Made by a program: the position numbers and the translations under genes. Positions 47,771 through 56,833 of a stretch of DNA of 64,000 bases are shown in pieces (the stretch's first letter is position 1; the number at the start of each line of letters is the position of its first letter). The stretch spans positions 1,477 through 65,476 of the forward strand of contig CAZXZI010000001.1 of the NCBI GenBank assembly GCA_964645165.1, read 5' to 3'. The notes under the pieces are model-generated. The model did not search any database. It was not told where the DNA came from and saw only the letters and a list, made by a program, of their open reading frames with translations. The stretch comes from an uncultured Ectothiorhodospiraceae bacterium (GTDB taxonomy: Bacteria > Pseudomonadota > Gammaproteobacteria > SZUA-152).

Positions 47771-48071
47771 GCCCACAGCATCGGCCGTAGGCTGGGCAAA
47801 TTTAGTCCGCAAGCGTGAAAAACGGCAATGCTTTGTTAATGAGAATATCCCGGTTCAAGCTGCGTAAAATCATTTGGCGAACGGTTCCTCGCAGACAGAT
47901 GTCGAAAAAATCACTGGGATTGTCATCACTGCCTTCCGACAAAATCCCGGCTCCCCTTCAAGAATAGAAAGTCAGAATAAGGAGTGAGCGCCGTAGCGGC
48001 TTTCAGTGCCTAAAAAATCAACCCTCACCCAGACAGCAAAGCCATCCGTTATTGCCAGCCCACGGCCATCA

Positions 48072-48827
48072 TTAATGAATTGTTACGCGCACGCCGATGG
48101 AAAGACTCAGCTGTGCTGCCGCATTTCCTTGATTAACAGCAAGCTCCATTAAGCCATTAGCATTTTCATAACAGAAGGCTTGCCCCAGAGCCACATCAGA
48201 AAAAGTGTTGGCGCGTTTAAGGAGTTGACCATCAATTCGTAGCTCTGCAGTTGAAGCGAGACTGCTGGCACGCACACCCGTAATGGCATTGCCAAAATGA
48301 TCAATAAAAATGACTTCGCATAAATCATCGGCTGCAGACACAGGCACAGAACCGTCAACCTTCACACCGGGAGGCTCTTCCCCACGCGCCAAACGGGCGA
48401 CCACGGGTGCAAACAAATCGCGACCATGAAAACTATTGCTCAGATTCTCCGGTCGCCAGGTGATTTCCCAGCAGCCAACATTTTCCTGCGCGTTAACCGC
48501 ACGTGCCATCAGCACATCAAACAAACCACTGGCGGGCCCCACGTACCAACGTCCTGCAATGTTAAGCGCCACAGGTTTACGCTGCGCGCTGCCCACACCG
48601 GGATCAACAATGGCAAGCACCACACAGTCGACGGGAAAAGAGGCAATATAGGCTGCTAACAAATGCGCCGAAGCCAATGCATTAAAACGCGGAGCAGCGT
48701 GCAACAAATCGATTACCGGTATAGCCGGAGCCTGTTGGCTAAGCACCGCTTTCATTTGTCCCACGTAGAGGTTGTCATTGCCAAAATCGGTAAATAACAC
48801 AATCATTGGCGCGGCAGTTTTTGTCAT
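48072..48827 (-). CDS. SAM hydroxide adenosyltransferase family protein (DUF62; fluorinase/chlorinase-like fold)
   Basis: MIVLFTDFGNDNLYVGQMKAVL...AIVDPGVGS...IFIDHFGNAITG are the conserved blocks of the DUF62 family. Confidence 0.7.
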   Translation of the reverse strand: MTKTAAPMIVLFTDFGNDNLYVGQMKAVLSQQAPAIPVIDLLHAAPRFNALASAHLLAAYIASFPVDCVVLAIVDPGVGSAQRKPVALNIAGRWYVGPASGLFDVLMARAVNAQENVGCWEITWRPENLSNSFHGRDLFAPVVARLARGEEPPGVKVDGSVPVSAADDLCEVIFIDHFGNAITGVRASSLASTAELRIDGQLLKRANTFSDVALGQAFCYENANGLMELAVNQGNAAAQLSLSIGVRVTIH

Positions 48828-48835
48828 TGCTTTGT

Positions 48836-49558
48836 TTAAGAATGGGGGAGTTGATAATGCGTAGGATCTACAATACCGGCGTCTGTAAATCCCGTTGCGC
48901 GCAGTCGACAGGAATCACAATGACCACAGGCGCGACCTTCGGTGTCCGCAGAATAACAGGAAATAGTGGTTGAATAATCCACCCCAAGCTGCGTGCCCGC
49001 ACGAATAATTTCGGCCTTACTGAGATAGATCAACGGCGTGTGGATCGTGGCGGCCTGACCTTCAACGCCGGCTTTGGTGGCCAGGGCTGACATGGTTTGG
49101 TACGCCGCAATGTATTCCGGGCGGCAATCCGGGTAACCCGAATAATCCACCGCATTCACACCAATAAAAATATGTTGAGCTTCTAGCACTTCTGCCCAGG
49201 CCAGGGCATAGGATAAAAATAACGTGTTGCGCGCGGGTACATAGGTGACCGGTATGCCGATATTATCTTCGTCGTTCTGCGCATCTGTCACGTCCGGCAC
49301 CGCGATGCTGTCATCCGTGAGTGCGGAACCACCGATGCCACGCAAGTCCAACGAAATAACGCGATGTTCCTCTGCACCCAGGGTTTTTGCCACTACTGCT
49401 GCTGCCACTAACTCGGACTTATGCCGTTGGCCATAATCAAAACTCAACGCATAACATAGCAAACCCCGTTTTTTTGCCATGGCCAGGGTGGTTGCCGAAT
49501 CCAAACCGCCAGATACCAGCACCACGGCCTTTTCTTGTTTTCCACCCGTTGCGTTCAT
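48836..49558 (-). CDS. queC: 7-cyano-7-deazaguanine synthase
   Basis: [19 protein letters not shown] is the PP-loop. C-terminal zinc-binding CGHCDSC. Confidence 0.9.
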   Translation of the reverse strand: MNATGGKQEKAVVLVSGGLDSATTLAMAKKRGLLCYALSFDYGQRHKSELVAAAVVAKTLGAEEHRVISLDLRGIGGSALTDDSIAVPDVTDAQNDEDNIGIPVTYVPARNTLFLSYALAWAEVLEAQHIFIGVNAVDYSGYPDCRPEYIAAYQTMSALATKAGVEGQAATIHTPLIYLSKAEIIRAGTQLGVDYSTTISCYSADTEGRACGHCDSCRLRATGFTDAGIVDPTHYQLPHS

Positions 49559-50208
49559 CGCCCTGGTTCATTATCCCAAAGGATTTTGTGCAATTGTAGT
49601 TGAAAGCGAACTTGCAACTTGTCTTCGAGAATCCAGCTTGCCAACGTTTGTGGTTGTAGATCTTCAAAACTGGGGGAGAACAAAATCTCACACCGCGATA
49701 GCAATTGATACCGCTCCACTATTTGTTTTGCCCAGTCGTAATCGTTCCGGTCACAGAGTACAAATTTGATTTGATCTTGCGGCGATATGTGCTCGATGTT
49801 CTGCCAGTGATTTTTACCCAACTCACCCGAACCCGGCGTTTTAATATCCATCACCTTCACCACGCGCGCATCCACCGTTAAAACATCCAGCGCACCACTG
49901 GTTTCCAGTGACACCGTATAACCGGCATCACACAAGCGTGCCAATAATTCGATGCACGACTTTTGCGCCAACGGCTCACCACCGGTCACCGTAATATGTC
50001 GGGTTTGATGACGAGCGACTTGAGCCAGGATAGCCTCAAGTGCCATCCACTGTCCTCCCTGAAACGCATACGCGGTATCGCAGTAGCCACAACGTAGCGG
50101 ACAACCCGTGAGTCGGATAAACACGGTAGGAAAACCTACGCTTCGTGACTCGCCTTGTAAGGATAAAAATATTTCGGTAATACGCAACTGACCAGCATGC
50201 CCATCCAT
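49555..50208 (-). CDS. queE: 7-carboxy-7-deazaguanine synthase (radical SAM)
   Basis: [42 protein letters not shown] has the CxxxCxxC-variant cluster of QueE. 4-nt overlap with queC. Start probably at MDGHAG (track ORF to 50247). Confidence 0.85.
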   Translation of the reverse strand: MDGHAGQLRITEIFLSLQGESRSVGFPTVFIRLTGCPLRCGYCDTAYAFQGGQWMALEAILAQVARHQTRHITVTGGEPLAQKSCIELLARLCDAGYTVSLETSGALDVLTVDARVVKVMDIKTPGSGELGKNHWQNIEHISPQDQIKFVLCDRNDYDWAKQIVERYQLLSRCEILFSPSFEDLQPQTLASWILEDKLQVRFQLQLHKILWDNEPGR

Positions 50209-50389
50209 GGGAAGTTTTTTTAGTGGGTTTACAATATCAGCACACATAACAAGAAATATTGACCGGGAATATTGTTACTATCGTTAATTACTAATTCTAG
50301 TTACGGAATTAGACTACCGACGGAATTAGACAACTGAAGTGTATTTTTAGAACTCGGCGATTGCCGCAAAAAAATTCACTACCGCCTGC

Positions 50390-51301
50390 TCACTGATGCT
50401 GTTTTAAATCCTGCAAACGTTTCTGCGCCAAGCGCGCTGCCGTGGTATTCGGGTATTTCAGCACCACTTCGTTCAAGGACATGCGCGCCTTGTCATTTTG
50501 ATCCAACTCTTGATAAGTGTAGCCCATCTTCAGTAAGGCATCGGCGCGCTTAGGGCTGGCAGGATGATTTTTGACAACCTTTTCAAACTCGCTCAATGCC
50601 ACCTTAAAATGGCGTTGCACATAATTGGCTTCGCCTAACCAGTATTGGGCATTGTCTGCAAAGCGGCCCTGAGGATAGGTTTGCACGAAGGTTTTAAACG
50701 CGGCGACTGCTAGATCGTAACGGCCTTCTTTGAGCAGATTAAATGCGCGCTCGTAGGCTGCGCGTTCCAGCTGTGGATCAGTCGCAGGACTTGTTTTAGT
50801 TGATGTTGGAGAATCTGCCGCCATTCCGCCGGAAACCGTCGAAGAGGCTCCGCTACCCATTGCCGTTTCAGGCACTGCGCCGCCAAAGACAGAACCGCCC
50901 CCAGCTGGCGCCGCCGACAAACTGCCGCGTGTAGATTTCAGGTCACGCAGGCGTCGGTCAATATCCAGATACAGATCACGCTGCCGCTTTTTCAGCTGCT
51001 CCATGTTGTGGGACTGCTCTTCCATCTGCCCCACCATTTGCTGCACTTCATTTTGCAGACTGTCGATACGGGTCACCAAATCCACCAGGTTTTGATTTTC
51101 CAATAGACGCTCAAGACGCTGCAGGCGCTTTTCCAGCGGATTAACAGTGGACGCAGATGGTTCACCCGAAGCTTCAATCACCGGTGCAGGCTGTCGCGCC
51201 ACGGCATCAGAAACGAAAGATGGCGCGGTCGAAATGACCAGCGCCATGCTTACGGACTTCAGTGTTGAAGAATAAGTTGAACTCTTGAAATATTGCTTCA
51301 C
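50390..51301 (-). CDS. cpoB: Tol-Pal system protein CpoB/YbgF
   Basis: Signal, coiled-coil N-domain, C-terminal TPR YERAFNLLKEGRYDLAVAAFKTFVQTYPQGRFADNAQYWLGEANY. Position after pal. Confidence 0.85.
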   Translation of the reverse strand: MKQYFKSSTYSSTLKSVSMALVISTAPSFVSDAVARQPAPVIEASGEPSASTVNPLEKRLQRLERLLENQNLVDLVTRIDSLQNEVQQMVGQMEEQSHNMEQLKKRQRDLYLDIDRRLRDLKSTRGSLSAAPAGGGSVFGGAVPETAMGSGASSTVSGGMAADSPTSTKTSPATDPQLERAAYERAFNLLKEGRYDLAVAAFKTFVQTYPQGRFADNAQYWLGEANYVQRHFKVALSEFEKVVKNHPASPKRADALLKMGYTYQELDQNDKARMSLNEVVLKYPNTTAARLAQKRLQDLKQHQ

Positions 51302-51342
51302 GAGATACCCAGATGATTCATCTACTTCACAAAAAAGCTAAC

Positions 51343-51924
51343 TTAACGTTTGTAAATAAACTCGGCACGGCGATTCAGTGCCCAGGCTTCTTCATTATGT
51401 CCCAGCGCCGCCGGACGTTCTTCACCATAGCTGACCACGCGAATCTGGCTGGAGGAAGCACCTTGCAGGGTCAGCATCTTCTGCACGGCATTGGCGCGAC
51501 GTTCGCCCAGGGCAATATTATATTCGCGCGTACCACGTTCATCGGCATGGCCTTCCAGGGTAACGGAGGCGTTACTGTTGTTGGCCAGATATTCAGCATG
51601 CGCCTGAATAACCGCACGAAAGTCGCTTTTCACATTACTTTTGTCGAAATCAAAATAGATTACGCGCTTTGCCAACAGGCTGTTGGGATCATCCAGGGGA
51701 TCACCAGTAAACCCATTATCCTGATTCTTATCGCCCATGGCTTCACTACCACTGGCGCTCTCAGAACCCACACCGCTAGTACTTGCCGATGACCCTGAAT
51801 CGCTAGCAGATGCCGTTGAACTCACGCCAGTATCGGTCGCATCTTCTACCTCGCCAGAAGTGCCACAGCCCAGCAGCATCAGTGCGGGCAACATTGCAAG
51901 CACAGTCTTGGTCCAGAATTTCAT
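51343..51924 (-). CDS. pal: Peptidoglycan-associated lipoprotein
   Basis: Lipobox LLGC. OmpA-like domain VIYFDFDKS...LEGHADERGTREYNIALGERRANAV...NRRAEF. Confidence 0.95.
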   Translation of the reverse strand: MKFWTKTVLAMLPALMLLGCGTSGEVEDATDTGVSSTASASDSGSSASTSGVGSESASGSEAMGDKNQDNGFTGDPLDDPNSLLAKRVIYFDFDKSNVKSDFRAVIQAHAEYLANNSNASVTLEGHADERGTREYNIALGERRANAVQKMLTLQGASSSQIRVVSYGEERPAALGHNEEAWALNRRAEFIYKR

Positions 51925-52090
51925 AGCTGATTCCCCTCGAATTGTTCAAACATATATTTAGTCACTATTGAAAACCACTTTAATAAATAATTCAGTACAT
52001 CAATGAAGCATTCTGTTGCGCATTTTATGACATATTTATAACGGATTTATTGCAACCGGTTATTTTCTGCGATTATTTCCACTGTAAGGT

Positions 52091-53437
52091 TTATTCCGAG
52101 AAAGGCGACCATGCCGGTTCCCTTACATCACCTTCTGGTACGGTCAACCGTTGATGAATACTGCCATCCACGGAAACCGCCTTCAAAATTCCTCGTCTCC
52201 CCACGCTGGTAGCATAAATAATCATACTGCCGTTAGGAGCAAAACTGGGGGATTCATCCAACGCCCCATCCGTTAGCACGCGCAGGTTGCCCGTTTCCAG
52301 ATCCATCACTGCAACTCGGTATTTGCCGTTTTCGCGATGCACCATGGTCACTTTCTTGCCATCACGCGACACCGATGCCTTGGCGTTGTACTTGCCTTCA
52401 AAGGTCAGACGGCTGGCCTTACCACCTCGGGATGGCACTTGATAAATTTGCGGCCGGCCTCCCCGATCCGAGGTAAAAAGAATCGTCTTGCCATCCGGCG
52501 TCCATGTCGCCTCGGTGTCAATCGCCCAGTGCCGCGTTAGACGCCTACTCTTTTTGCTGGCCAAGTCTATGACATATATCTCGGGGTTACCATCCTTGGA
52601 GAGCGTGAGAGCCAAGGATTTGCCATCGGGCGACCACGCCGGAGCACCATTCAAGCCTTTGTGCGCAGCCACCTTGTCCCGTCGCCCGCTGGCTACATTT
52701 TGTACAAACACCACTTGGTGGCCATTGTCTTCCAACGATGCGTAAGCAATGCGGGTTCCGTCCGGCGACCAGGACGGCGATAAAATCGGTTCGCGGGAGC
52801 GCATCATCGACTGCGGGCCGAAGCCATCCGCGTCGGCAATCCAGAGCGAGTATCGTCGCGCACTACCGGTACCCGCCGCCGTGACGTAGGCCACACTTGT
52901 CGTAAATGCTCCACGCTCACCCGTGAGTTTTTCATAAATAATATCGCTAACCTGATGTGCCGCTCGGCGCAGATTGTTGCCACTGGCAGACAGACTAAAA
53001 CCTTCCAGCTGCTTGCCCTTGAAAACATCAAACAGCCGAAAACGAATCTTGTACCGATTAGCACCCACATATTGCAAGGTACCCACCACCAGATTTTCCG
53101 TCTGAAAAATCCGCCAATTGGAAAAATTGATGGTGGAATCGACATTGGGTCGAGCCAACATATCCTTGGGCGGTAGTGGATCAAAACGTCCGGTGTGCGC
53201 CAAATCAGCACTGATAATGGCGGACACATCAATCGGCGCCTCTTTGGGCGGCAGCAGTGAAGCTGGCATTTGCGGATTCTGTGGTGGCACGTCCCAACCA
53301 AAAGGCACCACCGCCACTGGCATCGCGCCTTCAACACCCTGGGTGATCTCAATATTCAGCACGGCCTGCGCGCTACCGGCCACCAATAATAAATAGAGGC
53401 CCACTGCGCGGCCGACAAATATGTTCATTTTATTCAT
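52091..53437 (-). CDS. tolB: Tol-Pal system beta-propeller protein TolB
   Basis: Signal. N-domain. Repeated WSPDG propeller blades: PSWSPDGTRIAY, PAWSPDGKSLA, ATWTPDGKTILF. Confidence 0.95.
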   Translation of the reverse strand: MNKMNIFVGRAVGLYLLLVAGSAQAVLNIEITQGVEGAMPVAVVPFGWDVPPQNPQMPASLLPPKEAPIDVSAIISADLAHTGRFDPLPPKDMLARPNVDSTINFSNWRIFQTENLVVGTLQYVGANRYKIRFRLFDVFKGKQLEGFSLSASGNNLRRAAHQVSDIIYEKLTGERGAFTTSVAYVTAAGTGSARRYSLWIADADGFGPQSMMRSREPILSPSWSPDGTRIAYASLEDNGHQVVFVQNVASGRRDKVAAHKGLNGAPAWSPDGKSLALTLSKDGNPEIYVIDLASKKSRRLTRHWAIDTEATWTPDGKTILFTSDRGGRPQIYQVPSRGGKASRLTFEGKYNAKASVSRDGKKVTMVHRENGKYRVAVMDLETGNLRVLTDGALDESPSFAPNGSMIIYATSVGRRGILKAVSVDGSIHQRLTVPEGDVREPAWSPFSE

Positions 53438-53462
53438 TCATTATTTCTACTTAAGTTTTGAC

Positions 53463-54353
53463 TTATTTCTTTGGCTTAAAGGTAAACACAATTTCCCGAT
53501 CAAACAATGCGGGATCCGAAGGTCGCGGCAAAGGTGACGCTTTGTAAACCGCTGCTTCCACTGAACGCCGGAACACCTCGTCGCCAATGCACTGGGTTAC
53601 CCTGACATTGATCACCTCACCACCGGGAATCTGATTCACCGCCACCTTGCACTTCAAACCCTGCTTAGCGCTGGCCGGACGAATCCATCTGCGTTGTACC
53701 GCATTTTGGATGTCGGCAATATATTGACCCCGCAGCGAGCCCAGGCGTTTCTGTTCTGCCGCTTCCAAACGTTGCTGCTCGACGGCAAACTCGGCGCGCC
53801 GTGCCGCCGCCTCGGTATCACGTCGACGTTTATCGTCCAGCAGTTTACGTTTAGCCGCCGCATCTGCCAAACGTTTCTCTTCGGAGATGCGCTTTTGCTT
53901 CAACGCAGTCTGCTCGGCCTTCATGTGTTCCAGTTCTTTTTTCTTTTTGACGCGATCCGCAGCAATGCGTTTTTCTTCGGCCTTACGCTGTTTTTGTAAT
54001 TTCTTCTGGCGCTTTTTCTCGACAGTTCGTTCCTTGCGTAACTTAGCCAGGCGTTTTTCTTCGCGCAGGCGTTTTTTCTTGGCTTCACGCGCCTGTTTAT
54101 CGAGCTTTTTCTGTTTGGCTTTATTTTTCTTTTTCTTCTTCGCTTCGGCCTTTTTCAGCTTGTCCAATTCGGCGAGAATAGCTTTCTCATTCACTGCCAC
54201 CGCTTTGACGATATCTACTTTATGTTGTGCCGGGCTTGGCAAGTCGGTCCATTCCAGACTGACAAACAGCACACCCGCCAGCGCCACGTGCACCAAAATT
54301 GCATAGATCATGGCACGGGGATTGTGCAGGATTTCTTTAAGTAAGGCTCTCAC
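53463..54353 (-). CDS. tolA: TolA
   Basis: N-terminal TM. Long Lys/Glu/Ala-rich helical domain KKAEAKKKKKNKAKQKK.... C-terminal TolA domain. Confidence 0.85.
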   Translation of the reverse strand: MRALLKEILHNPRAMIYAILVHVALAGVLFVSLEWTDLPSPAQHKVDIVKAVAVNEKAILAELDKLKKAEAKKKKKNKAKQKKLDKQAREAKKKRLREEKRLAKLRKERTVEKKRQKKLQKQRKAEEKRIAADRVKKKKELEHMKAEQTALKQKRISEEKRLADAAAKRKLLDDKRRRDTEAAARRAEFAVEQQRLEAAEQKRLGSLRGQYIADIQNAVQRRWIRPASAKQGLKCKVAVNQIPGGEVINVRVTQCIGDEVFRRSVEAAVYKASPLPRPSDPALFDREIVFTFKPKK

Positions 54354-54372
54354 GAATTAAAACGTCTTATTG

Positions 54373-54810
54373 TTATTTAACATCTTCGGGTGCTTTGGTA
54401 ATCAAACCCACGCTGGGCGCACCGGCTTTTTGCAACAGCACCATGGCCACCACTACTTTGCCGTATTCCACGTTGGTATCGCCGCGCACCATAATCGGTG
54501 TCTTGGGTCGATGCCGCAGTACCGCCGCCACCTTGGTGACCAGCATTTGATGATCAATGGGATCATCGGGCTTGTCGCCCACGCTGAGGTAATAATCACC
54601 ATTGGCGGTTACCGTCACCACCAGCGGTTCATCGGTTTCGCCGCTCATGGGCTCAGCCTCGGCCTGCGGCAATTCCACGGCGACGCCTTGCGTTAACAAA
54701 GGCGCGGTAATCATGAAGATCACCAGTAGCACCAGCATCACGTCGATGTAAGGCACCACATTGATATCGGACATGGGTTTGCGACGAACTTTTTTCGCGG
54801 GAGCTGCCAC
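54373..54810 (-). CDS. tolR: TolR (ExbD family)
   Basis: SDINVVPYIDVMLVLLVIFMITAP closely matches the TolR/ExbD TM region. Confidence 0.9.
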   Translation of the reverse strand: MAAPAKKVRRKPMSDINVVPYIDVMLVLLVIFMITAPLLTQGVAVELPQAEAEPMSGETDEPLVVTVTANGDYYLSVGDKPDDPIDHQMLVTKVAAVLRHRPKTPIMVRGDTNVEYGKVVVAMVLLQKAGAPSVGLITKAPEDVK

Positions 54811-55485
54811 CTATTTGTGTGCCTGGCGTTGCAGAATGCTGGCAAATTCTTCAGAAAAAGTATCGTAGCGATTGATCAGTCGCTCCAGCTCGGTGTTAAA
54901 GCGATTGAAACCCACCACCGCTGGAATCGCCGCAAACAGGCCCATAGCCGTAGCCACCAATGCCTCGGCAATGCCCGGTGCCACCATGGCAATGGTCGCC
55001 TGCTTGACGTTACCCAGGGCTCGAAAGGAATTCATGATGCCCCACACCGTACCGAACAAACCCACGTAGGGACTGGTGGAGCCGACGGTGGCGAGAAACG
55101 GCAAATGTAGCTCCAGCCGATCAGTCTCCCGTGACACCGCCACCCGCATGGCACGTTGTGCGCCTTCGAGCACCGCCATAGGGTCGAAGCCTTCCTGCTT
55201 ACGCAGGCGGGCGAACTCCTTGAAACCGGCTTCGAAGATCACCGCCATGCCACCATTACCGTGACGCCCGGAGGTCACCTGATTGTAGAGGTTGGACAAA
55301 TCGCCACCGGACCAGAATTTTTCCTCAAACTCATCAGCTTCAGTACGTGCCTTGGCCAACATGCGACGTTTCTGGAATATCACATTCCAGGAAAACAACG
55401 AAACAATGAGTAGAAGCAACAGTACTATTTGCACCAGCACGCTAGCGTTGGTAATCAACGAAAGAATCGATAAGTCAGCCGTCAC
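54811..55485 (-). CDS. tolQ: TolQ (MotA/ExbB family)
   Basis: DLSILSLITNASVLVQIVLLLLLIVSLFSWNVIFQKRR matches the TolQ N-terminus. Probable GTG start (the track ORF from ATG at 55521 overlaps ybgC by 47 nt). Confidence 0.9.
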   Translation of the reverse strand: MTADLSILSLITNASVLVQIVLLLLLIVSLFSWNVIFQKRRMLAKARTEADEFEEKFWSGGDLSNLYNQVTSGRHGNGGMAVIFEAGFKEFARLRKQEGFDPMAVLEGAQRAMRVAVSRETDRLELHLPFLATVGSTSPYVGLFGTVWGIMNSFRALGNVKQATIAMVAPGIAEALVATAMGLFAAIPAVVGFNRFNTELERLINRYDTFSEEFASILQRQAHK

Positions 55486-55954
55486 CGAGAATCTCCTGTC
55501 GGATGGGGGCAGGAATAGCACGTGGTTTCAAGCTGTTGGCGTCCAGACAGGCGATCTTAATTTGCCCCTGACACAGCAACACACCACTTTCCACGCCACC
55601 CTCCCCTTTATTAATTGTTATATTTTCTGCCGCACTCTGTGCGACAACCACGGTCTGCTCAAATGTCAGACTAGCCTTGCCGGCCTCCAGCACCTTCACA
55701 CTCACCGAAAGTAGCTGGTTGAAACATCCGGGTTTGAGGTAGTCCAGCTGCGCCGAACACACCGCAAAAATCAGCCCGTACTGTTTCGCAAAAATATCCT
55801 GCTCCACGCCCTGTGCCCGCAACCATTCCGTGCGCGCCCGTTCCATGAATTTCAGAAAATTGGCGTGGTAGACCACACCACCATTATCGGTGTCTTCGTA
55901 ATACACGCGTATCGGCCAGGCAAAATCAGCCACAATGCTCGTCCACCACCCCAT
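55475..55954 (-). CDS. ybgC: Tol-Pal-associated acyl-CoA thioesterase YbgC (4HBT fold)
   Basis: WPIRVYYEDTDNGGVVYHANFLKFMERARTEWLR is nearly identical in pattern to E. coli YbgC. Confidence 0.85.
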   Translation of the reverse strand: MGWWTSIVADFAWPIRVYYEDTDNGGVVYHANFLKFMERARTEWLRAQGVEQDIFAKQYGLIFAVCSAQLDYLKPGCFNQLLSVSVKVLEAGKASLTFEQTVVVAQSAAENITINKGEGGVESGVLLCQGQIKIACLDANSLKPRAIPAPIRQEILGDG

Positions 55955-56126
55955 TCACTCCCAGCTAGTGACCTTGCAAAGGGACAAAAATTCCGCTCTC
56001 ATTTTGCGTATTGCGTAATAAACCTGGCCGATTCTAATTTCAGGACACATTATGCGGGTTCGGGGCTCATGAATAAATCCCTGGGCGGCCTTAGTTTTGA
56101 TAAAAGTGAAGCTTTCTGCTACTTCG

Positions 56127-56481
56127 ATGGCTAAAGTGTTTTATCAAAAAACTGCTGAAAATAGTTATAGAAAATTTGTCAGGTAACGCTTGGAAATATA
56201 CCGCCATAACCGACGTACCGGTAATCGAAATGGGCGCGCAGCAACAGGCGGGAGAGACGGTATATTTCGTCAAGGATAACGGTGCCGGCTTCGACATGGC
56301 GCATGCCGATAAAATCTTCAGCGCCTTTCAACGATGACACAAATCAGAAGAGTTTGCGGGAACCGGTATTGGCCTGACCACTGTGCAATGGATAATCCAT
56401 CGTCACGGCGGCCATATCTGGGCAGATGCGCAGGTCGGCAGAGGAGCGTGTTTCTCCTTCACGCTGCACCCACGACGGTAG
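56127..56481 (+). pseudogene. Decayed C-terminal fragment of a sensor histidine kinase (HATPase_c domain only), with a +1 frameshift and an in-frame TGA
   Basis: Reads ...IVIENLSGNAWKY...VYFVKDNG / (extra G at about 56280-56282) / [64 protein letters not shown]. It is collinear with the C-terminus of the intact kinase at 37810..39648 (VMDNLINNAWKY...[68 protein letters not shown]). No HisKA or sensor parts upstream. Confidence 0.75.
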
Positions 56482-56541
56482 CGGAGCATGTTTTTCCCAA
56501 CCCATTCATTATCTATTTTTATGTCAGCACAAATAAAAACA

Positions 56542-56557
56542 TGTGATTTCTGTCACA
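56542..56557. promoter_or_regulatory. Perfect CRP-consensus palindrome TGTGA-N6-TCACA about 280 bp upstream of the pentaheme cytochrome gene
   Basis: aaaaacaTGTGAtttctgTCACAtttttgac. Both half-sites match the CRP/Vfr consensus exactly, in an AT-rich promoter region. Confidence 0.55.
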
Positions 56558-56833
56558 TTTTTGACAAGTTGTGATGCTCAAGCATTCTCAAGCTGCCTGA
56601 AATTTTCTGAAAACCCACGCAAATTCAATCAATTAGCGCAATCCTCCAACACGTATGACTGAGGCTAAATTATTGAAAAATAAATGGAATTTGGCATTGT
56701 GTCTGTTTTATAATCAACTTGTCTTCAACCGCTGGTTTGAGGCACATGCCAGGACAGGCACCCAGCAAACAGAACGCTAGAAAAAAGCGTTCGAATTGCA
56801 AAACCAATAGGCAGTGAGAGTGGTGTTTTACAA

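Noticed and set aside
50209-50389. preQ1 riboswitch upstream of queE
   Set aside because: The leader is AT-rich with a direct repeat. I could not find the compact preQ1-I hairpin with its conserved pseudoknot loop nucleotides. preQ1 riboswitches are also atypical for gammaproteobacterial queE.
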